64,000 bases of DNA, from NCBI GenBank assembly GCA_031459615.1, contig JAVKIE010000001.1, forward strand, positions 66,300 through 130,299, read 5' to 3'. Under the pieces are notes generated by a model. That model saw nothing but the letters and a program-made list of their open reading frames with translations. It did not search any database and was not told the origin of the DNA. Position 1 is the first letter of the stretch. The number at the start of each line of letters is the position of its first letter. Source of the stretch: Candidatus Calidihabitans tengchongensis. Lineage in GTDB: Bacteria > Sysuimicrobiota > Sysuimicrobiia > Sysuimicrobiales > Kaftiobacteriaceae. A program made the translations under genes and the position numbers. This document shows positions 1-8,856 of the stretch, one piece after another.

Positions 1-11
1 AGGGACGCGGG

Positions 12-770
12 ATGACTGCGACGCAGATGCTGCCGTTTCTCTCGTCGGCCGTGATCGCCGTCTTCGCCCTGCTGGTGTTCCGCCGGTACCGGCAGCGGGG
101 CGGAACCCACCTGCTGCTGTGGGGGGTGGGCCTGGTCATGTTCGGCATCGCCAGCTTCGCCGAGGCGTACTCGGCCCTGGCCTGGCATCCCACGGTCTTC
201 CGCCTGTGGTACCTCAACGGCGCGATCCTCAACGCTGCCTGGCTGGGGCAGGGGACCGTGTTCCTGCTGGCCCGCCGGAAGTCGGTGGCCCGGGCGCTGC
301 TGGGTGTCCTGGCCGCGGGGAGCCTCGCGGCCGCCTCCATGGTCTTCACCACACCGCTGGACGCGTCACGCTTCACGCCCGCCGAGCCCCTCAGCGTGCA
401 GTATCGGGAGGCGACCACGCCCTCGGGGGAGGTCCGTCCCGGCATCCTGCCCCGGGGGGCGCCCGTGCGGCGGATCACGCCCCTGTTCAACATCTACGGC
501 ACCGTGACCCTGGTGGGCGGAGCGCTGTACTCGGCCTGGCTGCTGTACCGCAAGGAGATCGTCCCCCAGAAGGTGGTGGGCAATATCCTCATCGCGGCGG
601 GCGCGCTGTCCCTGGCCGCGGCCAGCACCCTGGTGCGGCTGGGGCTGGCCGACGTGCTGTACCTGGCCGAACTGGCCGCGGCGGTCCTGATGTTCGCGGG
701 GTTCGTGCTGGCCACGGTCCGCGTCCCCTCACCCGCCCCGGCGCCGGCGGCCGGGAGGGCGGCGTCATGA
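12..770 (+). CDS. hypothetical integral membrane protein (about 6 predicted TM helices)
   Basis: The 252-aa ORF is hydrophobic throughout. Its TGA stop overlaps the ATG of the next gene (ATGA), consistent with coupling. No recognisable family motif. Confidence 0.45.
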   Translation: MTATQMLPFLSSAVIAVFALLVFRRYRQRGGTHLLLWGVGLVMFGIASFAEAYSALAWHPTVFRLWYLNGAILNAAWLGQGTVFLLARRKSVARALLGVLAAGSLAAASMVFTTPLDASRFTPAEPLSVQYREATTPSGEVRPGILPRGAPVRRITPLFNIYGTVTLVGGALYSAWLLYRKEIVPQKVVGNILIAAGALSLAAASTLVRLGLADVLYLAELAAAVLMFAGFVLATVRVPSPAPAPAAGRAAS

Positions 771-1390
771 CCGCTGCGGCGGAAGCCGAAGCCGCCCGGT
801 GGCTGACGGTCGGCGAGGCGTGCCGGCTGCTGGGCGTGGATCCGTCCACGCTGCGGGCGTGGACCGACGCCGGCCAGCTGCCGTCCTTCCGCACCCCGGG
901 CGGACACCGGCGATACCGGCGCGAGGATCTGGAGGCATTCCTGGCCCGCCAGCGCCGGCGCCGGTCCCTGCGGGAGGTGGTGGGGACCCAGGCGGCGCGG
1001 CTGCTGCCCGGCTCCTCCCGCCGGCAGATCCGCCGCCAGATGTGGTACGCGCAGGTGGGACCCGAGGGCGCGGAGCGCCTGCGGCAGATCTGCCGCACCC
1101 TGATGGGGGCGCTGGCCGGTTACCTGGCTGGCGGCCGGCGCCAGGGCCGCGCGCTGCGGGAGGGCGAGGCCGCCGGCCGCGCCCTGGGTCTGGAGGTGGC
1201 GGCCCGCGGGCTGTCTCCCCTGGACGCGGCGCAGGCGTTTCTGTTCTTCAAGGAGGCCATCGTCGAGTCGGTGGCGACGCGGGTGCCCGCGGCGGCGGAG
1301 GAGAAGGTGGCGGCGTTGCGCCGCATCGACGCCTTCCTGGACCGGGTGCTGGTGGAGGTGATGGCCGCCTACGGCCGCGCCCCGGCCTGA
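767..1390 (+). CDS. MerR/excisionase-family helix-turn-helix DNA-binding protein
   Basis: The N-terminus WLTVGEACRLLGVDPSTLRAWTDAGQLPSFRTPGGHRRYRREDLEAFL matches the MerR-type/excisionase HTH_17 signature. It lies in-frame inside the larger ORF 119..1390. Start at ATG 767 is chosen because of the ATGA overlap with the upstream gene. Confidence 0.55.
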   Translation: MTAAAEAEAARWLTVGEACRLLGVDPSTLRAWTDAGQLPSFRTPGGHRRYRREDLEAFLARQRRRRSLREVVGTQAARLLPGSSRRQIRRQMWYAQVGPEGAERLRQICRTLMGALAGYLAGGRRQGRALREGEAAGRALGLEVAARGLSPLDAAQAFLFFKEAIVESVATRVPAAAEEKVAALRRIDAFLDRVLVEVMAAYGRAPA

Positions 1391-1437
1391 CGCCCGGCCG
1401 GTTGCGCGCCGCCGGAGGCGGTCCGTATACTGGGTGA

Positions 1438-2193
1438 GTGACTGTCGGGACCGGCCGGATTCGCCGCGCGCTCGTCATCATTCCTGTCTACAACGAAGAG
1501 GCCACCCTGGACCGCGTGCTGGCCGAGGTGCGCCGCCACGCGCCGGACTGCGACGTGGTGGTGGTGGACGACGGGTCCACCGACCGCTCCCCGGACATCC
1601 TGCGGCGCCATCCGGTTGAGGTGATCCGCCACGAGGTCAACCGCGGCTACGGAGCCTCGCTGATCTCGGGATTCCGCCGCGCCGTCGAGGGAGGCTACGA
1701 GGCCGCGGTGACCCTGGACTGCGACGAGCAGCACGAGCCCCGGCAGATCCCCGCATTCCTGGCGGCCCTCGAGCGCGCCGACATCGTCTCGGGCAGCCGG
1801 TACCTGGACCCGACCCTGCCGGGCGACCCTCCGCCCCCCGACCGCTACCGCATCAACCGGGAGTTCGTGGCGCTGCTGCGGGCGATCACCGGCTATCCGC
1901 TGACCGACGCCTGGTGCGGCTTCAAGGCGTACCGGGGGGAGGCCCTGCGGCTGCTGGAGCTGACCGAGCCCAGCTACGGGATGCCCCTGCAGGTGTGGGT
2001 GCAGGCCGCCGCCCGGGGCCTGCGGGTGGTGGAGCTGCCGGTGGCCCGCATCTACAAGAACCCCCGCCGGACGTTCTGGGGCGGGCTGGATGATCCCGAC
2101 ACCCGTCGCGCGTATTACCTGTCGGTGCTGGAGGCGGAGGTGGCCCGCTGGCTGCCCGACCGCCTCCCGCTGGTGCGGGAGAGGACGCCGTGA
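1438..2193 (+). CDS. family 2 glycosyltransferase, polyprenol-phosphate (DPM1-like) sugar transferase
   Basis: The motif LVIIPVYNEE...VVVVDDGSTD...LDCDEQHEP is the GT-A fold DxD signature of dolichol/polyprenol-phosphate mannosyl/glucosyltransferases. GTG start. Confidence 0.75.
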   Translation: MTVGTGRIRRALVIIPVYNEEATLDRVLAEVRRHAPDCDVVVVDDGSTDRSPDILRRHPVEVIRHEVNRGYGASLISGFRRAVEGGYEAAVTLDCDEQHEPRQIPAFLAALERADIVSGSRYLDPTLPGDPPPPDRYRINREFVALLRAITGYPLTDAWCGFKAYRGEALRLLELTEPSYGMPLQVWVQAAARGLRVVELPVARIYKNPRRTFWGGLDDPDTRRAYYLSVLEAEVARWLPDRLPLVRERTP

Positions 2194-2867
2194 GGATCCT
2201 GGCCATCGGGGCGCATCCCGACGACGTGGAGATCGGCATGGGCGGGGCCGTTCTGATCCTGCGGGCGCAGGGCCACGAGGTGACCGTGTGCGACCTCACC
2301 GACGGCGAGCCCACGCCCGTGGGCACCCGCGAACGGCGCCTGGCCGAAGCGGCCGCGGCGGCCGGACTGCTGGGAGTCTCCCGCATCACTCTCGACCTGC
2401 CCAACCGGGAGCTGGTGGACTCGATCCCCCACCGGCGCGCCGTCGCCGAGGTGATCCGCCGGGTGCGGCCCGACATCCTGTTCGTGCCCTACTGGGTCGA
2501 CGCCCACCCCGACCATGTGGCCGCCTGCGCGCTGGCCGAGGCCGCGCGGTTCTATGCCAAGCTCACCCACACCACCATTCCCGGCGACCCGGTCTACCCG
2601 CCGCGGGTCATCCACTTCGTGACCAGCCACTACCGGCTGGCGCTGCAGCCGACGTTCATCCTGGACATCTCCCCGGTCATCGACCGCAAGCTCGCCGCCG
2701 TGCGGGCCTACGCCTCCCAGTTCGGTCCCGAGCGGGGAGCGGAGGATTTTGTGGACCGCCTGCGGGACCTCAACCGTTATTATGGCCACCTGATCGGGTG
2801 CGCATACGGTGAGCCGTTCATCTGCCGGGAACCGCTGGGCCTGCGGGGCCTGGACCAGCTGGCCTGA
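2190..2867 (+). CDS. PIG-L/LmbE-family N-acetylglucosaminyl deacetylase
   Basis: MRILAIGAHPDDVEIGMGGAVL...HPDH is the zinc-binding signature of LmbE/PIG-L (MshB/BshB-type) deacetylases. GTGA overlap with the upstream glycosyltransferase. Confidence 0.8.
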   Translation: MRILAIGAHPDDVEIGMGGAVLILRAQGHEVTVCDLTDGEPTPVGTRERRLAEAAAAAGLLGVSRITLDLPNRELVDSIPHRRAVAEVIRRVRPDILFVPYWVDAHPDHVAACALAEAARFYAKLTHTTIPGDPVYPPRVIHFVTSHYRLALQPTFILDISPVIDRKLAAVRAYASQFGPERGAEDFVDRLRDLNRYYGHLIGCAYGEPFICREPLGLRGLDQLA

Positions 2868-2870
2868 GGG

Positions 2871-4451
2871 ATGGTCCGGGACGGCGCAGGGCCCCTTCCC
2901 GAGCACCCCGCGGAGGTGGACATCCCCCGCCGGTCCGGGGAGGCGGTGTGCGTTCCCCCGGCCGCGCGGCTGGTGGCCCTGGCGCGCGAGGTGGGCGCGG
3001 ATCTGGACCGCGCCGACGTGGTCCTGGGCGGGCTCCCCCTTCGGCGGCTGCGGGCGCAGGCGCGGGAGGAGATCCTGGCGGCGGCCGCCGCCTACACCCG
3101 CGGGCTGGGCCTGGACGCGGACATCCCGCCCGGCCGGGCGCCCCTGGTCGTCACCGGTCACCAGCCCTTCCTGTTCCACCCCGGCGTGTGGGTCAAATAC
3201 CTCCTGGCCGCCCGGCTGCAGGACCGCGGGGCCCTGGCGTTGGGCATCCCGGTGGACAGCGATGAAGCCGGCGAGGTCGGGGCCGACGCGCCGGCGTCCG
3301 GGCCGGCCGGCATGGTCCTGGCGCGGGAGGTGCTGGTGGCCGCGGAGCCGGAGGTGCCCTACGAGGCGCTGCCGGCCCCCTCGCCGGACCAGTGGGCGGC
3401 GTTCCTCGACCGCCTCCAGGCGCACCTGGAGGCGGTGCCCCTGGAGAGGGCGCAGGCCGCCTTGCGCCGATTCCGCGAGCTGACCGTGGATCTGCGCGCG
3501 GGCGACCTGGGCGCGTTCTTCACCGCGGCCCGCCACCGCTACGAAGGCCTGCGCTACCTGGAGGTCCCGGTCTCCATCCTCAGCCGCACCGACGCCTTCC
3601 GGCGGTACGCGCTTCACCTGCTGGGCGACGCGGACCGGTTTGCCGCGGTGTACAACCGCCTGCTGCAGGCCTACCGCGAGCGCCACGGCGTCCGCACGCG
3701 AGCCCAGCCGTTTCCGGACCTGGAGCGCGACGATCGGGGGGTGGAAGCGCCGTTCTGGCTGCTGCGCGCGGGCCGCCGCCTGCGGGTGTTCGTGCGGCGG
3801 CGGCGGGACCGCCTGGTCCTGGCGGCGGACGCGGACGTGGCCGAGCTGTCCCCCGGGGCGGGCCCGCAGGCCCTGGAGGGACTGGAGCTGCGTCCCCGGG
3901 CGCTGACCCTGACCCTGTTCACGCGGCTGGTGGTGGCCGATCTGTTCCTCCACGGGGTGGGCGGAGGGCGGTACGACCGGGTGACGGACGCCGTGATCGC
4001 CGACTACCTGGGCCTGGCACCTCCCGCCTACGCGGTGGCCACCGCCACCCTGCACCTGCCCCTGGCGGCCGACGACCTGCGCGCCCGGCGCCGGGAACTG
4101 CGCCAGCGCCTGATGCGCCTGCAGCACAACCCCGACCGGGTCCTGGACGATCCGACGCCCGAGCAGCGGGCGTTGATCGAGGAGAAGTGGTCGCTGGTGG
4201 CGTCGCTGTCCTCGGCGGCGCTCACCCGGCGTCAGCGACGCCAGATCACCCACCGGATCCGGGAGATCAATGCCGAGCTGTCCCGCGCTTTGGGCGAGCA
4301 GGTGGAGCGCCTGAGCCGCCAGCTGCGGGACCTGGACCGGCCCGCCACCGAGGCCGCGCTGGCGGCGGCGACCCACCGGGGCTATCCGTACTGCTACTTC
4401 CCGGTGGACGACGTCGCCGCCCTGGTGGACGGCCTGCTGTCCCGGCCGTAG
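2871..4451 (+). CDS. BshC-like (DUF2317) putative cysteine-adding ligase with C-terminal coiled coil
   Basis: 526 aa. The N-terminal region PLVVTGHQPFLFHPGVWVKYL resembles the conserved G-Q-Q/H-Q motif region of the BshC family as remembered. The C-terminal 120 aa (LRARRRELRQRLMRL...EQVERLSRQLRDL) is predicted coiled coil, like the BshC dimerisation domain. Assignment is from memory of the family, not a search. Confidence 0.35.
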   Translation: MVRDGAGPLPEHPAEVDIPRRSGEAVCVPPAARLVALAREVGADLDRADVVLGGLPLRRLRAQAREEILAAAAAYTRGLGLDADIPPGRAPLVVTGHQPFLFHPGVWVKYLLAARLQDRGALALGIPVDSDEAGEVGADAPASGPAGMVLAREVLVAAEPEVPYEALPAPSPDQWAAFLDRLQAHLEAVPLERAQAALRRFRELTVDLRAGDLGAFFTAARHRYEGLRYLEVPVSILSRTDAFRRYALHLLGDADRFAAVYNRLLQAYRERHGVRTRAQPFPDLERDDRGVEAPFWLLRAGRRLRVFVRRRRDRLVLAADADVAELSPGAGPQALEGLELRPRALTLTLFTRLVVADLFLHGVGGGRYDRVTDAVIADYLGLAPPAYAVATATLHLPLAADDLRARRRELRQRLMRLQHNPDRVLDDPTPEQRALIEEKWSLVASLSSAALTRRQRRQITHRIREINAELSRALGEQVERLSRQLRDLDRPATEAALAAATHRGYPYCYFPVDDVAALVDGLLSRP

Positions 4452-4518
4452 CGTGGGTCTCCCGGATGCCGCCGACCACGGAACCCACCCCCGATCCGCC
4501 AACAGTGGATCATCAACA

Positions 4519-4640
4519 GGGGTCTGCCCTCCGACAGTGACGGTCACCAGGACGGGAGCCTGACCCCGACAGTCTGACCCGAAAATTTTAGGGGTCTGAC
4601 CCCAAAATTTCGCAGTGTGGCGTCTGACCCCAGAATTGTG
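4519..4640. repeat. cluster of about 5 direct copies of (G)TCTGACCC(C), three followed by AAAATTT
   Basis: Copies: ggggtctgccct (4519), cctgacccc (4559), tctgacccgaaaatttt (4573), ggggtctgaccccaaaattt (4589), tctgaccccagaatt (4622). GGGGTCnGACCCC is itself palindromic. The AT-rich tails are atypical for this genome. Confidence 0.6.
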
Positions 4641-4656
4641 CGCGTGGGGCGACCGG

Positions 4657-5109
4657 TCAGCGTGTGGGCTCCTGCGCGTTCCCGGATCTGCGCCGCATCG
4701 ACCGGCGGACGTACGCCGCTGCCAGCGCCGTCCCCGCCAGCAGGGCCGCTGCAGGCGTCAGCCACACCACCCACAGGAGGCCCCGCCGCGGAGGCTCCAG
4801 CAGGATCCACGGGCCGTAGCGGTCCACGAAGTAGGCCACGATCTGCTCCTCACTCTCTCCCCGGGCCAGCCTGTCCCGGATCAGGGCCCGCATCTGGGCG
4901 GCCAGCTCGGACGGCGAGTCGGCCACGCTCTCGTTCTGGCACACCGGGCACCGCAGCCGCGCCGCGATCGCCTGCGCCCGCGCGTCCAGATCCTGGGCTC
5001 GCGCCATCCCGGAGACGACGCTGCCCAGGAGGGCGGCGATCGCGAGCGTCGTCTTCGCCCGAGCCGCCAGACCCCCGCTCCCGCGGCCTGCGATGGTCAT
5101 GCCTGACAC
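4657..5109 (-). CDS. ccmH: cytochrome c-type biogenesis protein CcmH
   Basis: Signal-peptide-like N-terminus followed by the LRCPVCQNESV (LRCxxC) CcmH motif. Last gene of the ccm cluster. Confidence 0.7.
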   Translation of the reverse strand: MSGMTIAGRGSGGLAARAKTTLAIAALLGSVVSGMARAQDLDARAQAIAARLRCPVCQNESVADSPSELAAQMRALIRDRLARGESEEQIVAYFVDRYGPWILLEPPRRGLLWVVWLTPAAALLAGTALAAAYVRRSMRRRSGNAQEPTR

Positions 5110-5137
5110 CTTCCTCCACCACCCCCCGCCCGCACCA

Positions 5138-5683
5138 TCACCGATCGCCGGGCCGGCCGGTGCCCGGGGGGCGGTGGTCGGAGGCGGGGATCAGCGGCTC
5201 GATGCGCGGGGCCAGCAGGTCCTCGGTCACCGCCCCCGCGTGCTTGAAGACGATCCGTCCCTGCCGGTCGATCACGTAGGTTTCGGGCACGCCGACCACG
5301 CCGAAGTCGATGGCGATGGCCCCCGAGCGGTCCATCCCCACGGGAAACGTCTGCCCGAAGCGGCGCAGGAAGGCCCGGGCTGCGGCCTCGGTGTCCTGGA
5401 TGTTGATGCCCACGACCACCACGCCCCGGTCCCGATAGCGCTCCCACACGCGCTGCAGGTGCGGGGCTTCGTCGTAGCAGGCGGGGTAGCACCAGGATGC
5501 CCAGAAGTTGACCACCACCACCCGCCCGCGCAGGTTCTGGGAGCGCAGCAGGCCTCCGTCGAACAGCGGCAGGGTGAATGCCGGGGCCGGACGCCCGACC
5601 AGGGGGGACGGCAGCCGCCGGGGATCGCGGCGCAGCCCCGCCCCCAGCACCGCCAGCAGGCCCACCACGACGGCCAGCGCCAC
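5138..5683 (-). CDS. ccmG: thiol:disulfide oxidoreductase CcmG/DsbE-like (thioredoxin fold), atypical CxxxC motif
   Basis: The C-terminal 181 aa of the long ORF 5138..7681 have a TM anchor then a thioredoxin fold (VVVVNFWASWCYPACYDEAPHL...GVPETYVIDRQGRI). Start at GTG 5681-5683 is a guess and could be further upstream. The redox motif reads C-Y-P-A-C (CxxxC), not the canonical CxxC. Confidence 0.65.
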   Translation of the reverse strand: MALAVVVGLLAVLGAGLRRDPRRLPSPLVGRPAPAFTLPLFDGGLLRSQNLRGRVVVVNFWASWCYPACYDEAPHLQRVWERYRDRGVVVVGINIQDTEAAARAFLRRFGQTFPVGMDRSGAIAIDFGVVGVPETYVIDRQGRIVFKHAGAVTEDLLAPRIEPLIPASDHRPPGTGRPGDR

Positions 5684-5748
5684 CCACGGCCACCGGATCC
5701 GCCGGGTCGGGGGCGACCCCGCCGGCCGGAGGTGTTCGTCGGGGCGCC

Positions 5749-7698
5749 CTACGGGCGGCGCGGCGGCCACAGGGCCAGTCCTCCCCCGACGATCATGATG
5801 GCCCCGCCGGCCCAGATCCACGACACCAGCGGGCTGATCACCACCCGCAGGACCACCGTCTGCGCGCCCGGGTCGAATCCCAGCAGTACCACGTACAGGT
5901 CCTCCCGCCAGGTGGACCGCACCCCGGGCGTCGGGACGGGGGTCCGGGCGTGGCGGTAGAAGTTCTGGGACGGCCGCAGGACCGCCGCCGGCGCCTGATC
6001 GCGGGAGGCGGCCAGGGCCGTGCCGCCGTCGGCCACCGACACCGGGGCCCACACCACCAGGCGGTCCGGATACGTTCCCGCCCGCAGCTCGTCCACCCGC
6101 AGGGCGTACGGCCCCACGCGGATCACCTCGCCCACCCGCAGCGCGCGGTGCACCTCCAGGCGAGCAGCCTGGGAGCCTACAATGCCCGCCACCACCACCG
6201 CCATCCCCAGATGGACCACGTATCCGGCGTAGCGGTGCCGGTGGCGGAGGACCAGCTCGGCCATCGCCGCCGGAACCGGCCGTCCGCCCCGGTGCAGGGC
6301 CCGCACGCCGCGGGCCAGCTCGTCCAGCTGGGCCAGGGCCACGAACGCCACCGCCCCCACCGCCACGACGGCGACGGGCGCCCGCAACCCGGCGGCCGCC
6401 GCGGCGGAAGCGGCGACGGCGGCGAGGCCGCCGGTTCGCGCCAGGCGGCGCAGGTCTGCGGGGGACGACCGTCCCCAGCGCAGGACGGTGCCGGCGCCCA
6501 TCAGGGCCAGCAGCACCAGCCCCAGGGGGGTGATCGCGCGATTGAAAAACGGCGGCCCCACGGTGACCTTCTGCCCGGTGGCCACGTCCACCGCCAGCGG
6601 GAACACCGTGCCCACAAACACCGTCGCGGCCATCGCCAGCAGGAGCGCGTTGTTGAAGACCATCAGGGCGTCGCGGGATGCCACCGACGCCACGCTCCCG
6701 GCGTCCCGCACGTCCGGCACCCGCCAGGCCAGCGCGGCGAGCGTCCCCACGGTGACGGCCGCCAGGCCGGCGAGCAGCGCGGGCCCGATCGCCGACTGGG
6801 TGAAGGCGTGCACCGAGGCCAGCACGCCGCTGCGGGTGACGAACGTGCCGAACAGCGTCAGCCAGAACGTCGCCGCAGCCAGGACCACCGTCCAGGCCCG
6901 CAGCACTCCCCGCCGGACCTGGGCCATCGCCGAGTGCACCAGCGCGGTGGCCGTGAGCCACGGCAGCAGGGCGGCGTTCTCCACCGGATCCCACGCCCAG
7001 TAGCCTCCCCATCCCAGGACGTCGTAGGACCACCGGGCCCCCAGGACCAGCCCGGCGGTCAGCGCCGTCCACGCGCCCAGCGTCCAGGGCCGGCTGACGA
7101 CCACCCAGTCTTCGGCATCCCGGCCCGCCAGCAGGGAGCCGAGGGCAAACGCATAGGGTACCGCCATCCCCACAAACCCCAGGTAGAGCAGGGGAGGGTG
7201 CAGGATCATCAGCGGGTGGTTCTGCAGCAGGGGGTTCAGTCCGGTGCCGTCGGCCGGTGGCGTCGGCACCCGCGCAAAGGGATCGGCCGGCCCCACCAGC
7301 AGGAGCAGGAAGAACGCGCACAGGCCCAGCAGCACGCCCACCGTCCCGCGCCACAGGCGGGGCGCTGGCGCGCGGGTGCGGACGGCCACTCCTGCGGTGA
7401 GGGCGGCCAGCAGCCAGGTCCACAGCAGCAGGGACCCTTCCAGCGCCCCCCACAGCGCCGCCACCCGGAACGCCAGCGGGGTGGTGCGGTTGGTGGTGGC
7501 GGCCACGTAGCGGATGCTGAAGTCCCCGCCGATCAGGGCCCACTCCAGGAGCGCCACCGCACCGGTGACCGCCACCGCCATGCCCGCCGCCAGCGGGACG
7601 ACCCGCCGCCCGCCCCGCGGCCGGGCGCACGCCGCCAGGCCGGCCACCGCACAGGCCGCCGCGGCCACCAGGCTGATCCATCCTCCCAGCGCGATCAC
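5749..7698 (-). CDS. ccmF: cytochrome c heme lyase subunit CcmF
   Basis: 649-aa polytopic membrane protein with the WGGYWAWDPVEN WWD-domain signature of CcmF/NrfE. Its ATG overlaps the ccmE stop (ATGA). Confidence 0.85.
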   Translation of the reverse strand: MIALGGWISLVAAAACAVAGLAACARPRGGRRVVPLAAGMAVAVTGAVALLEWALIGGDFSIRYVAATTNRTTPLAFRVAALWGALEGSLLLWTWLLAALTAGVAVRTRAPAPRLWRGTVGVLLGLCAFFLLLLVGPADPFARVPTPPADGTGLNPLLQNHPLMILHPPLLYLGFVGMAVPYAFALGSLLAGRDAEDWVVVSRPWTLGAWTALTAGLVLGARWSYDVLGWGGYWAWDPVENAALLPWLTATALVHSAMAQVRRGVLRAWTVVLAAATFWLTLFGTFVTRSGVLASVHAFTQSAIGPALLAGLAAVTVGTLAALAWRVPDVRDAGSVASVASRDALMVFNNALLLAMAATVFVGTVFPLAVDVATGQKVTVGPPFFNRAITPLGLVLLALMGAGTVLRWGRSSPADLRRLARTGGLAAVAASAAAAAGLRAPVAVVAVGAVAFVALAQLDELARGVRALHRGGRPVPAAMAELVLRHRHRYAGYVVHLGMAVVVAGIVGSQAARLEVHRALRVGEVIRVGPYALRVDELRAGTYPDRLVVWAPVSVADGGTALAASRDQAPAAVLRPSQNFYRHARTPVPTPGVRSTWREDLYVVLLGFDPGAQTVVLRVVISPLVSWIWAGGAIMIVGGGLALWPPRRP

Positions 7699-8084
7699 GG
7701 AGACGGGGGAGCGTACTGCTCCGAGTGCTTGACGATCACCGAGCGGGCCACGAAGACGCCGTCGGACCCGTAGATGCCCTCCACGACCGCCCCCTGGCCT
7801 TCGGTGAACAGGTCGGGGGGCACGCCCCGGTACAGGACCGGGACCGCGGCGCGGCCGTCGGTCAGCACGAAGCGCAGCTCCAGGGTTCGGGGATCAAACG
7901 ATCGCGACCCCGGCTGCACCTGGCCGCCCAGCCGCAGGGGCCGGCCCACCGCGTCCGGGCCCCGGTCCAGCAGCTCGCCGGGGGTGATGTAGTAGACCAC
8001 CGCCCCGCGGAGCCCTCCGATGACGAGGTAGACCAGGGCGCCGACCACCACCGCCGCCGCCAGCATCAGGCGCGCGCGCCTCAC
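7695..8084 (-). CDS. ccmE: heme chaperone CcmE
   Basis: TM anchor plus OB-fold region (VVYYITPGEL...RFVLTDG...VPVLYRGVPPDLF...GSDGVFVARSVIVKHSEQY). Chosen start is GTG 8082-8084 with GGAGGAG 5 nt upstream. The ORF track extends to an upstream ATG at 8192. Confidence 0.8.
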   Translation of the reverse strand: MRRARLMLAAAVVVGALVYLVIGGLRGAVVYYITPGELLDRGPDAVGRPLRLGGQVQPGSRSFDPRTLELRFVLTDGRAAVPVLYRGVPPDLFTEGQGAVVEGIYGSDGVFVARSVIVKHSEQYAPPSP

Positions 8085-8206
8085 CGCGTCTCCTCCCCCC
8101 TGCCGGGGCGGGTGCGGCGCAGCCGCCGGCGCAGGTGGACCACGTAGAGCACCACCGCCGCCGCCACCACGCCGTAGGCCAGGGCGATCCACACCGCCGG
8201 CGTCAT
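8081..8206 (-). CDS. ccmD: heme exporter protein CcmD (small membrane protein)
   Basis: 41 aa: MTPAVWIALAYGVVAAAVVLYVVHLRRRLRRTRPG, single TM plus a basic tail typical of CcmD. Its ATG overlaps the ccmC stop (ATGA) and its stop overlaps the ccmE GTG (GTGA). Confidence 0.5.
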   Translation of the reverse strand: MTPAVWIALAYGVVAAAVVLYVVHLRRRLRRTRPGRGEETR

Positions 8207-8856
8207 CCGGCCTCCTCGGACTCTTCCCGGCGCGCCACCCGCACGCGCAGGAGCAGCAGGTAGGCGAACAGGACGGTGAAGGCCAGCAGGCTCAGCAGCA
8301 GCGTCAGGAGCATCGGCGGCGCCAGGGCGACCTCTCCACGGGTGATGGACGGAGGCTGGTGCAGGGTCCGGAACCAGACCACCGAGTAGTGGATGAGGGG
8401 GACGTCTGCCGCCCCGAGGACGCCCACCACCGCGCCCAGCCGGGCTCCCCGCTGCGGATCGTCGGCCAGCGCCCGCACGAGCAGGGCGCTGCAGTAGATC
8501 AGGAACAGGACGGCCGTGGTGACCAGGCGCGCATCCCACGTCCACCACACCCCCCACACGGGGCGCCCCCAGATCGAGCCGGTGGCCAGCGTGAGGCCCG
8601 TGAACAGGACCGCCAGCTCGGTGGCGCTGCGGGTCAGGGCGTCATAGCGCGCCTCACGCCTCCACAGGTACAGGACCCCGCCGACCAGGGTGACGCCCAC
8701 CGCCAGGTACGCCACCCAGGCCGCGGGCACATGGACGTACATGATGCGGACGTAGTCGCCCTGAAAGGCGTCCGGCGGCGACGCCACCAGGCCCGCATAG
8801 GCCGCGGCGCCCAGCAGCAACACGGCCGCACCGCCCAGGACGGCAGACACCGTCAT
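8203..8856 (-). CDS. ccmC: heme exporter protein CcmC
   Basis: 217 aa with the WGRPVWGVWWTWDARL WWD motif and conserved His. ATGA overlap with the ccmB stop. Confidence 0.85.
   Translation of the reverse strand: MTVSAVLGGAAVLLLGAAAYAGLVASPPDAFQGDYVRIMYVHVPAAWVAYLAVGVTLVGGVLYLWRREARYDALTRSATELAVLFTGLTLATGSIWGRPVWGVWWTWDARLVTTAVLFLIYCSALLVRALADDPQRGARLGAVVGVLGAADVPLIHYSVVWFRTLHQPPSITRGEVALAPPMLLTLLLSLLAFTVLFAYLLLLRVRVARREESEEAG

Noticed and set aside
2115-4547. 810-aa minus-strand ORF across the deacetylase and BshC-like genes
   Set aside because: Same GC-bias artefact. There are no motifs, and it overlaps coupled plus-strand genes with clear family signatures.
5684-7681. Upstream 660 aa of ORF 5138..7681 (fused to CcmG-like C-terminus)
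   Set aside because: The frame is open by chance across ccmF, which is encoded in another frame on the same strand. Only the C-terminal thioredoxin domain has signal.
5578-7773. 731-aa plus-strand ORF antisense to ccmF/ccmG
   Set aside because: Gln/Arg/Gly/Pro-rich and low complexity. ccmF on the opposite strand has unmistakable WWD and TM features.
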